The translations under genes and the position numbers were made by a program. The notes under the pieces are model-generated. The model was not told the DNA's origin. It ran no database searches and worked only from the letters and a program-made list of their open reading frames with translations. Below, piece by piece: positions 8,812-17,243 of a stretch of 64,000 nt of DNA. The stretch spans positions 1,216-65,215 of the forward strand of contig PWTL01000087.1 of the NCBI GenBank assembly GCA_003562845.1, in the 5' to 3' direction. The stretch is from Candidatus Acetothermia bacterium. Lineage in GTDB: Bacteria > Bipolaricaulota > Bipolaricaulia > Bipolaricaulales > Bipolaricaulaceae. The first letter of the stretch is position 1; every line of letters begins with the position of its first letter.

Positions 8812-10722
8812 TCAGAGCTCGGCAGTGCGGGAGCGGGCGGCCTGTTCGATCCGGGCCGCGATCTCCTCTACCTCTTGTGGCCCAAGGTCCTCACCGGTGC
8901 GCAGCCGAAGGGCGACCTTGCCCTCCTCGGCCTCCCGAGGTCCGACCACCAGCATGTACGGGACTTTCTGCAGCTGAGCCTGGCGGATAAGCCAGCGCAG
9001 GGTCTTGCCCGCCCGGCCCCAGGCCTCGGCGCGCACGCCCTCGGCGGTCAGCTGTGCCGCTACTGCCTCGCTGTAGGGGATCTGCTCTTCGGTCACCGGC
9101 AACACCACTGCCTGCACCGGCGCCAGCCAGGGGGGGAACGCACCGCCGTAGTGCTCAATGAGGATCCCCACGAACCGCTCCAGCGCCCCGTACAACGCAC
9201 GGTGGATCATGTACGGTCGGTGCAAGTGTCCATCTTCGCCAGTATAGGACATATCGAACCTCTCGGGGAGGTTGAAGTCGAACTGAATCGTAGTCAGCTG
9301 CCAGGCTCGGCCCAACGAGTCCGCCACATCAATGTCGATCTTCGGGCCGTAGAAGGCCCCGTCTCCCTCTTTGACCTCGTAGCGCATCTCCTCCGCCTGT
9401 ACCGCCCGGCGCAGGGCCTCAGTGGCCAGATCCCACCTCTCGGGCTCCCCGACGAACTTCGCCGGGCGCGTGGAGAGGTAGACAGCGAACTCAGAGAACC
9501 CAGCGGTGCGCAGCATGTGCAGTGCAAACCGCAGAGTGGAGCGTATCTCTTCCTCCACCTGATCGGGCCGGCAGATGATGTGCGCATCGTCCTGGGTGAA
9601 TCCGCGTACCCGCAGCAGCCCGTGCAACACGCCGGAGCGTTCATATCGGTAGACTGTCCCCAGCTCCGCATACCGGACCGGCAGCTCTCGCCAGGAGTGT
9701 GTTCGCGAGTTGTAGATATCGATGTGGAACGGGCAGTTCATGGGTTTGAGGTAGAACTCCTGACCCTCGACGTTCAACGGAGAGTACATGCCCTCGCGAT
9801 AGAACTCCAAGTGTCCCGAACGCTCCCACAGCCGTGCACGACCAATATGCGGACTGCGCACAAGCTGGTACCCATGCCGGTAGTGCTCTCGGACCCAGAA
9901 GTCCTCGAGTTCCTGCCGCACCCGGGCCCCTTTCGGATGCCACAGCACCAAACCCGCACCGATGTCCTCGTTGTTGATGGAAAAGAGCTCCAGCTGCGGC
10001 CCCAGAACACGGTGATCCCGCCGTCGCGCCTCTTCCAGGCGCCGAAGATGTTCCTTCAGCCCCTCCCGACTGGGAAACACAGTGCCGTAGATCCGCGTGA
10101 GCATGGTGCGCTCGGCGTCTCCCCGCCAGTAGGCGCCGGCCAGATCCATGAGCTTGAAGTGCCGCACCCCCCCCGTGCTCAGGATGTGCGGCCCGCGGCA
10201 CAGGTCGATGAACTCCCCTTGCTTGTAGAAAGAGATTTCCCTTTGCTGTAAATCGTCGAGGAGCTCTTGCTTGTACACCTCCCCTCCGCGGCGGAGGAGC
10301 TCAACCGCCTCCGCCTTGGGCAGCTCTACGCGCTCAATGGGGAGATCTTCCTTGACGATCTTCCCCATTTCCTGTTCGATCCTCTCCAGATCCTCGGATC
10401 GGGGGGGCTCGGGGAACTCGAAGTCGTAGTAGAACCCATCACGGATCGCCGGGCCAATGGCCAGCTTGACATCCGGGAACAAGCGCCTGACGGCGTGAGC
10501 GAGGACGTGGGCGGCGCTGTGTCGCAGCACCTCGAGGGCGAGGGGATCTTCTGCAGTGACCAGGCGGATTCTTCCCGTGGCGGGGAGGCGATCCCGCACG
10601 TCGCACAGCTGGCCGTCTGCGACCATGGCCACTGCGTCTACACCTTGGGCCTGGGCCAGCTCCAGTCCGGTCATGTCTTGAGCTTCAACAACCTCGCCGT
10701 CAGGAAGCTCCACAGCGGCCAT
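8812..10722 (-). CDS. thrS: Threonyl-tRNA synthetase
   Basis: ATG at 10722 is preceded by GGGAGGTGG. TGS-like N-terminus, editing-domain HxxxH (RHSAAHVLAHA), class II catalytic core and an anticodon-binding C-terminus; 636 aa. Confidence 0.9.
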   Translation of the reverse strand: MAAVELPDGEVVEAQDMTGLELAQAQGVDAVAMVADGQLCDVRDRLPATGRIRLVTAEDPLALEVLRHSAAHVLAHAVRRLFPDVKLAIGPAIRDGFYYDFEFPEPPRSEDLERIEQEMGKIVKEDLPIERVELPKAEAVELLRRGGEVYKQELLDDLQQREISFYKQGEFIDLCRGPHILSTGGVRHFKLMDLAGAYWRGDAERTMLTRIYGTVFPSREGLKEHLRRLEEARRRDHRVLGPQLELFSINNEDIGAGLVLWHPKGARVRQELEDFWVREHYRHGYQLVRSPHIGRARLWERSGHLEFYREGMYSPLNVEGQEFYLKPMNCPFHIDIYNSRTHSWRELPVRYAELGTVYRYERSGVLHGLLRVRGFTQDDAHIICRPDQVEEEIRSTLRFALHMLRTAGFSEFAVYLSTRPAKFVGEPERWDLATEALRRAVQAEEMRYEVKEGDGAFYGPKIDIDVADSLGRAWQLTTIQFDFNLPERFDMSYTGEDGHLHRPYMIHRALYGALERFVGILIEHYGGAFPPWLAPVQAVVLPVTEEQIPYSEAVAAQLTAEGVRAEAWGRAGKTLRWLIRQAQLQKVPYMLVVGPREAEEGKVALRLRTGEDLGPQEVEEIAARIEQAARSRTAEL

Positions 10723-10793
10723 TGTCCACCTCCCGCAGAAGTTGAGTGGAACGTTATCCGCAGCCGGCCGGCTCGGCAAGCGCGGCCAGAGGA

Positions 10794-12110
10794 CTACAAA
10801 ATGTACCGGGACACGTCCAGGTCCATAGCCAAGGGCTCCAGTTTCGCTTGTACGTAGTCGGCCTTCACCTCGAACGCGGTTCCCGCGCGCTCGGGGGCGT
10901 CGAAAGATATCTCCTCGCACACTTTTTCCACCACGGTCACCAACCGGCGGGCACCGATATCCTCCAGCGAGCGGTTGAGTTCGGCGGCAACCCGGGCCAG
11001 CTCCGCCACCGCTTGTTCGGTGAACGAGAGCCCTACGCCCTCCGTGGCCAACAGCTCACGGAACTGCACAGTGAGAGCATCACGTGGCTCCACGAGTATC
11101 CTGCGGAAGTCGTCCTCACTGAGAGCCGCAAGCTCCACTCGCACAGGAAGCCTGCCCTGCAACTCGGGCATCAGGTCGCTGGGCTTGGCCTTAGAAAATG
11201 CCCCGGCGGCGATGAACAGCATCCCATCAGTGAACACCGTGCCATGGCGCGTGCGCACAGCTGTCCCTTCCAGCAGGGGCAAGAGATCCCGTTGTACCCC
11301 TTGCCGGGATACACCCGGTCCCTGCCGCTCCTCTCGTCCGGAGAGCGCCAGCTTGTCTATCTCATCCACAAAGATGAGGCCCTCTTCCTGACCGAGGCGT
11401 AAGCCTTCGGCCCGGATCTCCTCCATGTTCAGCAGGCTCTCGATCGCCTCCTCCCGCAGGAGCTCCCGCGCCCGGGCCACGGTCATCCGCTTGGGCTTGC
11501 GTGGTTGGGGAAACCCCGAGAAGAGCTGAGACAAGTCGAGCCCCATCTGGTCCATCCCCGCCTCAGAGAACACGTTGATCTGCGGGGACATCTGCTCACG
11601 CACAGAGATCTCCACATACTGGTCATCGAGCTCCCCGTCGCGCAGGCGCTGCACCAGACGTTCGGTTCCTCCTTCGCCCTGCGTCGCTCCGTCCTTGAGC
11701 GCGCGGAGCAGCTGGTCCTCAACAACCCGGTCCGCCTTCTCCTCCACTCGACGGCCCTCGCGTTGCTTAACAAGATCAATGGATACCTCCACAAGATCAC
11801 GGACCATGCTGTCGACATCACGTCCGACATAACCGACCTCGGTGTACTTAGTGGCCTCCACCTTCACAAACGGCGAGGAGGTGATCTGCGCAAGCCGACG
11901 GGCGATCTCCGTCTTCCCCACTCCGGTAGGACCGATCATCAGGATATTCGCCTGGCGCACCTCGCGCCGCCGCTCTTCGGGAAGCGCCGCCCGCCGCATA
12001 CGATTACGCAAAGCGATAGCTACCGCCCGCTTGGCCTCATGCTGACCAACTATGTACTGATCCAGGCGCTCCACGACCTGCCGCGGCGTCAGTCCTTGCA
12101 CACGATTCAC
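10794..12110 (-). CDS. hslU: ATP-dependent protease ATPase subunit HslU
   Basis: N-terminus LTPRQVVERLDQYIVGQHEAKRAVAIALRNR and Walker A GPTGVGKTEIARRLA. 438 aa, start overlapping the hslV stop. Confidence 0.9.
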   Translation of the reverse strand: MNRVQGLTPRQVVERLDQYIVGQHEAKRAVAIALRNRMRRAALPEERRREVRQANILMIGPTGVGKTEIARRLAQITSSPFVKVEATKYTEVGYVGRDVDSMVRDLVEVSIDLVKQREGRRVEEKADRVVEDQLLRALKDGATQGEGGTERLVQRLRDGELDDQYVEISVREQMSPQINVFSEAGMDQMGLDLSQLFSGFPQPRKPKRMTVARARELLREEAIESLLNMEEIRAEGLRLGQEEGLIFVDEIDKLALSGREERQGPGVSRQGVQRDLLPLLEGTAVRTRHGTVFTDGMLFIAAGAFSKAKPSDLMPELQGRLPVRVELAALSEDDFRRILVEPRDALTVQFRELLATEGVGLSFTEQAVAELARVAAELNRSLEDIGARRLVTVVEKVCEEISFDAPERAGTAFEVKADYVQAKLEPLAMDLDVSRYIL

Positions 12111-12646
12111 CAGGAGATCGCCTCCACAATAAGCTGATCGTTCGTATACACATCGATCTCCGCGGCCACCGCCAAAGCCTCGCGGACCACCTGCTCGAGA
12201 GGCAGGGACGCTTGGCGCCGCAGTACGCGCGCCGCGGCCAATGCATAACCTCCGCCGCTGCCAATACCCACCAAGCCATCGTCGGGTTCGAGGACGTCTC
12301 CCTGGCCGGTGATGAGAAGCAAGGCCTCCCTCGAACCGGCTACCAAGACCGATTCCAATCGACGAAGCACCCGATCAGTCCGCCACTCCTTGGACAGCTC
12401 CACAGCCGCGCGCCGCAGGTTGCCGTGCGACTTCAGCTTCTCCTCCAGGCGCTCCAGCAGAGCCAGTCCATCTGCAGTCCCCCCGGCAAAACCTGCCACC
12501 ACTGTCCCTTCCTCGATGAGGTGCACTTTGCGTGCCCCGGTCTTCACCACACGCGACTCCATGGTCGCCTGTCCATCGCAACCTATGACCACCCGCCGCT
12601 CATCCTCACAGCGCACAGCCAGGACGGTGGTAGCTATCATGTTCAT
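12107..12646 (-). CDS. hslV: ATP-dependent protease subunit HslV
   Basis: ATGs at 12646 and 12640 precede ATTVLAVR, the catalytic N-terminal Thr region, then GCDGQAT. Coupled to hslU (overlap 12107-12110). Confidence 0.85.
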   Translation of the reverse strand: MNMIATTVLAVRCEDERRVVIGCDGQATMESRVVKTGARKVHLIEEGTVVAGFAGGTADGLALLERLEEKLKSHGNLRRAAVELSKEWRTDRVLRRLESVLVAGSREALLLITGQGDVLEPDDGLVGIGSGGGYALAAARVLRRQASLPLEQVVREALAVAAEIDVYTNDQLIVEAISW

Positions 12647-12656
12647 CGGCGTCAGT

Positions 12657-13205
12657 CTAGTCACCCTCTTCCGGCCCCACAAGAGAGCACAGCTTACACA
12701 GAGTGCCCTCCCCGAGGAAGGCCACTCGGCAAGAGGCACACCGTCGCCCCCCCATCTCCAGTACTACTCGCTCCTGGGCCTGCGCCCGGGCAGCGGCAGC
12801 CACCAGGCGCTCACGAAGTTGTAGGGGGATGTTGCAGGGGATCACCCTATCCGCGGCAGCGTAGTCATCCGCAGTGACCTTTGCTTCGGATTGCTCGACG
12901 TGCCGCGGGGACTCAGGCTCCATGTGTAACTGCAGTCGGTGCACACCACAGTCCGGAGCCACACGCTGCAGAGCATCCACAAGCTTGAGCTCCAGGAGCC
13001 TTATCTGCGAAGCGGCGACATAGCTGCCTACTGCAAGGTGCAGCGCCCCTCGCGACACATACAACGGCCGTGCCCAGCGTACAAGCTGCGGTCCAACAGC
13101 TTGTCGCCAAGCAAACAACGCTTGCTGCTTGCGCAGAGCCTCAGCAAGGCCCCAGCTGTGCGCGAGGTCAGTCAACCAATGCAACTCGTCTTCTTTATAA
13201 AACAC
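12657..13205 (-). CDS. DUF721/DciA-like protein with C-terminal Zn-ribbon
   Basis: LFAWRQAVGPQLVRWARPLYVSRGALHLAVGSYVAASQIRLLELKLVDAL matches the DUF721 pattern. The C-terminus has CASC...CKLC. I prefer the in-frame GTG at 13205 because the ORF-track N-terminus (to 13316) runs through three of the six DnaA boxes (13238-13312). Confidence 0.6.
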   Translation of the reverse strand: MFYKEDELHWLTDLAHSWGLAEALRKQQALFAWRQAVGPQLVRWARPLYVSRGALHLAVGSYVAASQIRLLELKLVDALQRVAPDCGVHRLQLHMEPESPRHVEQSEAKVTADDYAAADRVIPCNIPLQLRERLVAAAARAQAQERVVLEMGGRRCASCRVAFLGEGTLCKLCSLVGPEEGD

Positions 13206-13237
13206 CGTTGTCCTTGTTGTAGAGAACACACGTCCCC

Positions 13238-13450
13238 TGTGGAAAACTACTGTGCTGGCGGTGTGTAGCGAATAGGGGGGTGTGAACTCCCCTGTGGAAA
13301 ACCTGTGGATACGCACGTCTTGCTGTGGATATCTGTTGGGGAAAGGGTTTCGGTCGTGTTATGCACATCGTCTGTACCCATCTGCACGAGCTCTGTCCCC
13401 AGGGGCATGGCAAGTTATCCACAGGTATTTCCCCAGGGGGCTGTGGAAAA
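13238..13450. other. Candidate oriC: cluster of six DnaA-box 9-mers
   Basis: The boxes are TGTGGAAAA (13238-13246, 13293-13301, 13442-13450), TGTGGATAC (13304-13312), TGTGGATAT (13324-13332) and the perfect consensus TTATCCACA (13415-13423). All lie in the 246-nt non-coding gap after the dnaA stop. An AT-richer stretch (tctttataaaaca) sits at its left edge. Confidence 0.65.
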
Positions 13451-13451
13451 C

Positions 13452-14789
13452 TTATGGAGTGTACCGGGCCAGTAGTTCATCCCTGATCGCCTCGATCTCC
13501 CCGCGCAACAGGGGCATCTGCCGCATCAACTCCTGCACTTTCTGGTAGGAATGCATCGTTGTGGTGTGGTCCCGCCCGCCGAACGCCCGCCCTAGTGCAG
13601 GGAAGGAGCTTTGCGTCAGCTCGCGGGCAAGGTAGATGGCGATCTGACGGGCTTGGGTGACCTCGCGCTTGCGCGACGGCCCCTCCATGTCGTCGAGGGA
13701 CACATTGTATCGGCGGGCGACCTCATCTTTGACGAGGTCCACAGTCAGGCGGGGAATAGTCTCCTCTTTAGGCAGAATCTCCGCAAGAACGTCATCTGTG
13801 AGCGGGCCCTCTCCTAGCTCCACGTATGCGACTACGCGTATCAGAGCACCCTCAAGGTCACGCACGTTGGTGGTGATACGGGTAGCAATGAGTTCCAACA
13901 TCTGATCTTCGACTTCCACACCCCGCCAGCGGGCCTTCTCTCGTAAGATAGCAATGCGCGTTTCCAAGTCCGGCGCCTGCACATCGGCCACCAGCCCCCA
14001 GCGGAAGCGTGAGACTAGTCGTTCCTGTAGCTCGCGGAGTTCTTCAGGAGGCCGGTCCGAGGAAAGGACAATCTGTCTTCCGTTCCCGTATAGCTCGTTG
14101 AACGTGTGGAAGAGCTCCTCTTGAGTGCCTTCCTTGTTCTTGAGGAAGTGGACATCGTCGATGAGCAGGAGGTCGACGTTGCGGTACTTCGCGCGGAATG
14201 CTTCTTGCGAGTTGGAGCCGATAGAGTTGATTAGCTCAATGGCGAACCGCTCCGACGTAGTGTAGCCCAGGGTCAGCCCGCTGGGCTTTGAAAGCACGTG
14301 GTTTCCGATGGCGTGGAGGAGATGTGTCTTCCCCAGCCCTACTCCTCCGTAGATGAACAGCGGGTTGTAAGCGCGGGCTGGGGAGTCGGCGACAGCTTGG
14401 GCGGCGGCGTGTGCCAGATACACGTTCTTCCCGCGCACGAAAGAATCGAACGTGTAATCTGGATTCAGCGGCTGTGAACCGATGTAGCGCCGAGGGAGGC
14501 GCGGGTCCTCGGGGACTTCCGGGGGCTGGCTGTGAGCCCACTCTCCCACGCGTACGCGTAGGTCCAACTTGTGGCCTGTGACTTCCTCCAACAGCCTCTC
14601 TAGGAGACCCCTGTATTTCCGTTCAATGCCGCCTTTGGCGAACAGCGAGGGTACTTCCAAGATGAACTCGTCCCCGTCTATCACCAAGGGCCTAGCTTCG
14701 GAGAACCAGGCCGCGAAGCTGGTGGGTGGTACCTCTTCAGAGAGGTGGACTCTTACGTTCTCCCAGATCTCGTCGATCGTGCGCTCCAT
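13452..14789 (-). CDS. dnaA: Chromosomal replication initiator protein DnaA
   Basis: Walker A GGVGLGKTHLLHAIG, sensor and box motifs, and a C-terminal DNA-binding domain containing GGRDHTTTMHSYQKV. 445 aa. Confidence 0.92.
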   Translation of the reverse strand: MERTIDEIWENVRVHLSEEVPPTSFAAWFSEARPLVIDGDEFILEVPSLFAKGGIERKYRGLLERLLEEVTGHKLDLRVRVGEWAHSQPPEVPEDPRLPRRYIGSQPLNPDYTFDSFVRGKNVYLAHAAAQAVADSPARAYNPLFIYGGVGLGKTHLLHAIGNHVLSKPSGLTLGYTTSERFAIELINSIGSNSQEAFRAKYRNVDLLLIDDVHFLKNKEGTQEELFHTFNELYGNGRQIVLSSDRPPEELRELQERLVSRFRWGLVADVQAPDLETRIAILREKARWRGVEVEDQMLELIATRITTNVRDLEGALIRVVAYVELGEGPLTDDVLAEILPKEETIPRLTVDLVKDEVARRYNVSLDDMEGPSRKREVTQARQIAIYLARELTQSSFPALGRAFGGRDHTTTMHSYQKVQELMRQMPLLRGEIEAIRDELLARYTP

Positions 14790-14839
14790 AAGATTGGCCT
14801 TGGGACAAACTCTCCTCCGCTAAGTGGACCCTTGGACAC

Positions 14840-14915
14840 TGGTGGCGAGGCCCAGAGTCGAACTGGGGACACCGCGGTTTTCAGCCGCGTGCTCTACCAC
14901 CTGAGCTACCTCGCC
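14840..14915 (-). tRNA. tRNA-Phe (GAA)
   Basis: Sense strand GGCGAGGTAGCTCAGGTGG...CGGCTGAAAACCG...GGTTCGACTC...CCTCGCCACCA. 7-bp acceptor stem, anticodon loop CTGAAAA, T-loop GTTCGA, CCA encoded. Confidence 0.88.
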
Positions 14916-14952
14916 GACCAGGCGGCCACAAGCCGCTTGCGGCGCGCCCTTC

Positions 14953-15031
14953 TGGCGGGGACGACGGGATTCGAACCCGCGATCTCCGGAGTGACAATCC
15001 GGTGTCCTTGTCCAGCCTAGACCACGTCCCC
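14953..15031 (-). tRNA. tRNA-Asp (GTC)
   Basis: Sense strand GGGGACGTGGTCTAGGCTGG...CCGGATTGTCACTCCGG...GGGTTCGAATCCCGTCGTCCCCGCCA. Anticodon loop TTGTCAC, large D-loop, CCA encoded. Confidence 0.85.
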
Positions 15032-15045
15032 GTGTGATGCCTCAG

Positions 15046-15117
15046 TGGGCGAGAGAGGGATCGAACCTCTGACCTTCCGGATGTAAGCCGGATGCTCTCC
15101 CGCTGAGCTACTCGCCC
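15046..15117 (-). tRNA. tRNA-Val (TAC)
   Basis: Sense strand GGGCGAGTAGCTCAGCGGGAGAGCATCCGGCTTACATCCGGAAGGTCAGAGGTTCGATCCCTCTCTCGCCCA. Anticodon loop CTTACAT. The 3' CCA is not encoded (CTG follows). Confidence 0.85.
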
Positions 15118-15151
15118 GGTAGTGTAGCCGCAGCACACTACACGTTGCAAG

Positions 15152-15226
15152 TGTCCCCAGGGGGATTTGAACCCCCGCCTCCGGATTGAAAGCCCGGTGT
15201 CCTTGGCCTGCCTAGACGATGGGGAC
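15152..15226 (-). tRNA. tRNA-Glu (TTC)
   Basis: Sense strand GTCCCCATCGTCTAGGCAGG...CCGGGCTTTCAATCCGG...GGGTTCAAATCCCCCTGGGGACA. Anticodon loop CTTTCAA. CCA is not encoded. Confidence 0.85.
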
Positions 15227-15273
15227 TGCACAAGCAAGTCTACGCGTTCGGCGCAGGCGTGCAAGGCTGTAGT

Positions 15274-15349
15274 TGGTGGGCCGTGCAGGGCTCGAACCTG
15301 CGACACCCGGCTTAAAAGGCCGGTGCTCTGCCACCTGAGCTAACGGCCC
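15274..15349 (-). tRNA. tRNA-Lys (TTT)
   Basis: Sense strand GGGCCGTTAGCTCAGGTGGCAGAGCACCGGCCTTTTAAGCCGGGTGTCGCAGGTTCGAGCCCTGCACGGCCCACCA. Anticodon loop CTTTTAA, CCA encoded. Confidence 0.88.
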
Positions 15350-15418
15350 GGGCACTTGTCAGCGCACCAGTGAGCTTGCAGATGCCACCATCTCGCCGGT
15401 AGAGTCCGCAAGCCCTAG

Positions 15419-15494
15419 TGGTGGGTCGTGGAGGACTCGAACCCCCAACCCGCGGATTAAGAGTCCGCTGCTCTGCCAGTTGAGCTAACGACCC
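15419..15494 (-). tRNA. tRNA-Lys (CTT)
   Basis: Sense strand GGGTCGTTAGCTCAACTGGCAGAGCAGCGGACTCTTAATCCGCGGGTTGGGGGTTCGAGTCCTCCACGACCCACCA. Anticodon loop CTCTTAA, CCA encoded. Confidence 0.88.
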
Positions 15495-15573
15495 GCCGTA
15501 CGCACGATATTACGGACAGCATCGCGCTCCTGTCAAGGAAGGCTGACACAAGCTTCCCTGTGTAGAATTAGCG

Positions 15574-16908
15574 ATGGTCAACGGAGGTAACCAGCCACCT
15601 ATGGGCAGCTTGTGGGGTGCGCACTCTCCCCTTGCAGAGAGACTTCGCCCGCGCTCTCTCGACGAAGTGTTGGGACAGGATAAGCTGGTAGGCCCACAGG
15701 GCACGCTGCGGGCGCTCATGGAAAGGGAAAGGGTCGGGGCGCTCATCTTCTGGGGGCCTCCGGGGACGGGGAAGACCACCATAGGGCGGCTAGTGGCTCA
15801 CAGGATACGGGCCCGCTTTGTGCAGGCCTCTGCTGCGCTCACCACTGTGGCCGAGGTGCGCAAAGTGCTCCAGGGCTCGCGGCAAGAGTGGCTTCGTAGC
15901 GGGAGCCGTGACCTCCTGTTCTTGGATGAGATACACCGCTTCAACCGAGCACAGCAGGATATTCTTCTTCCGTTCTTGGAGGAGGGCTCGGTGTGTTTTG
16001 TCGGGGCAACCACTGAGAACCCTTCCTTCGCCCTGCGATCCGCACTTCTCTCTCGCTGCCAGCTGTTTGTGTTTCAGCCGCTGCAGCCGGAGCACCTGCA
16101 TACCCTTCTGGCCAGGGCGTTGGTCGACGAGCGGGGGTGCGCAGGTGAGGTCAGTCTGTCCGACGAGGCACGGGGATTCTTGGTGCGGCATTCTGATGGA
16201 GATGCACGGCGGCTCCTTTCTGCGCTGGAGACGGTAGTGGCGGTCTTGGGAAGCGGCTCCCTAGGTTTGGCCGAGGTGAGCGAGGCCCTCGGACGCAAGG
16301 CCCCGCAGTACGATCGTGCAGGAGAGGAGCACTACAATGTCATCTCCGCGCTGCACAAGGCCGTGCGCAACTCAGACGTGGACGGTGCGCTCTACTGGTT
16401 GGCCCGGATGTTGGAGGCCGGAGAGGATCCGCGTTACGTGGCCCGGCGCGTCGTACGCATGGCCTCGGAGGACGTGGGCCTGGCCGAACCGCAGGCGTTG
16501 CCCCTCGCTGTTGCCGCCGCTGACGCGGTGGAGCGTGTGGGCATGCCCGAGGCGGAGCTGGCGTTGGCCCAGGTGGTGGCTTTTCTTTCCTTGGCGCCGA
16601 AGTCGAACGCCTTGTACGTGGGCTACGGACGAGCGAAGGCCGACGTGGCCAAGACCACCAACGAGCCTGTTCCCTTACACTTGCGGAACCCCGTGACCCC
16701 GATGATGAAGGAAGTGGGCTACGGGGAGGGCTATCAGTACGCGCACAACTTGTCGGAGAAGGTAGCACAGATGTCCAGCCTTCCGCCCTCCCTGGCCGGG
16801 CGCGAGTACTACAGACCGTCCCTGTCCGGGTGGGAGGAAGGAATCGGGGCCCGCCTGGACGCCCTCCGCCGCCGCATAAGGGGAGAGGACAACTCGATCG
16901 ATGTGTAG
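15574..16908 (+). CDS. rarA: Replication-associated recombination protein A (AAA+ ATPase RarA/MgsA)
   Basis: LAERLRPRSLDEVLGQ, Walker A FWGPPGTGKTT, Walker B LLFLDEIHRFN and the C-terminal MgsA domain (YQYAHN). The alternative ATG at 15601 is possible. Confidence 0.88.
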   Translation: MVNGGNQPPMGSLWGAHSPLAERLRPRSLDEVLGQDKLVGPQGTLRALMERERVGALIFWGPPGTGKTTIGRLVAHRIRARFVQASAALTTVAEVRKVLQGSRQEWLRSGSRDLLFLDEIHRFNRAQQDILLPFLEEGSVCFVGATTENPSFALRSALLSRCQLFVFQPLQPEHLHTLLARALVDERGCAGEVSLSDEARGFLVRHSDGDARRLLSALETVVAVLGSGSLGLAEVSEALGRKAPQYDRAGEEHYNVISALHKAVRNSDVDGALYWLARMLEAGEDPRYVARRVVRMASEDVGLAEPQALPLAVAAADAVERVGMPEAELALAQVVAFLSLAPKSNALYVGYGRAKADVAKTTNEPVPLHLRNPVTPMMKEVGYGEGYQYAHNLSEKVAQMSSLPPSLAGREYYRPSLSGWEEGIGARLDALRRRIRGEDNSIDV

Positions 16909-16964
16909 CAGATGTCTCATAACAGGCGATGAAGGGCTGCAGTGCATCCGGTATAATTCGGCTG

Positions 16965-17243
16965 ATGCAAGTACTGGTCAAGCTGTTCGGGGAGTTTCGC
17001 GAGGCGGCAGGCCGGTCTAGCGCGCCTTTGGAGTTGACCGCTGGAAGCACGGTGGCTCGGGCTCTGGAGGAACTAGGGAGGCGAATGCCGCAGTTGCAGG
17101 AACTTGTGTTCGATGGGGGCCGGTTGCGGGACCACATTCACGTCTTCGTCAACGGGCGCAATGTGGCTACTTCCGGCGGACTCGATGAGGAACTCTCCGA
17201 CGGGGACACGTTGACGTTCTTCCCGCCTGTGGGGGGTGGGTGA
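16965..17243 (+). CDS. MoaD/ThiS-family ubiquitin-like sulfur-carrier protein
   Basis: ATG at 16965 gives the 92-aa protein MQVLVKLFGEFREAAG...DGDTLTFFPPVGGG, with the beta-grasp pattern and a C-terminal Gly-Gly. Confidence 0.65.
   Translation: MQVLVKLFGEFREAAGRSSAPLELTAGSTVARALEELGRRMPQLQELVFDGGRLRDHIHVFVNGRNVATSGGLDEELSDGDTLTFFPPVGGG

Noticed and set aside
10723-10793. T-box or other leader upstream of thrS.
   Set aside because: Only 71 nt separate the hslU stop and the thrS start. That is too short for a T-box, and no specifier or T-box sequence is seen.
13206-13316. N-terminal extension of the DUF721 ORF (ORF-track start at 13316).
   Set aside because: The extension is not DUF721-like and runs through three of the six DnaA boxes. 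The in-frame GTG at 13205 gives a protein beginning just before the conserved region.
14840-15494. The tRNA array as a genomic-island integration site.
   Set aside because: No integrase, no duplicated tRNA 3' fragment and no compositional break are visible beside the array.
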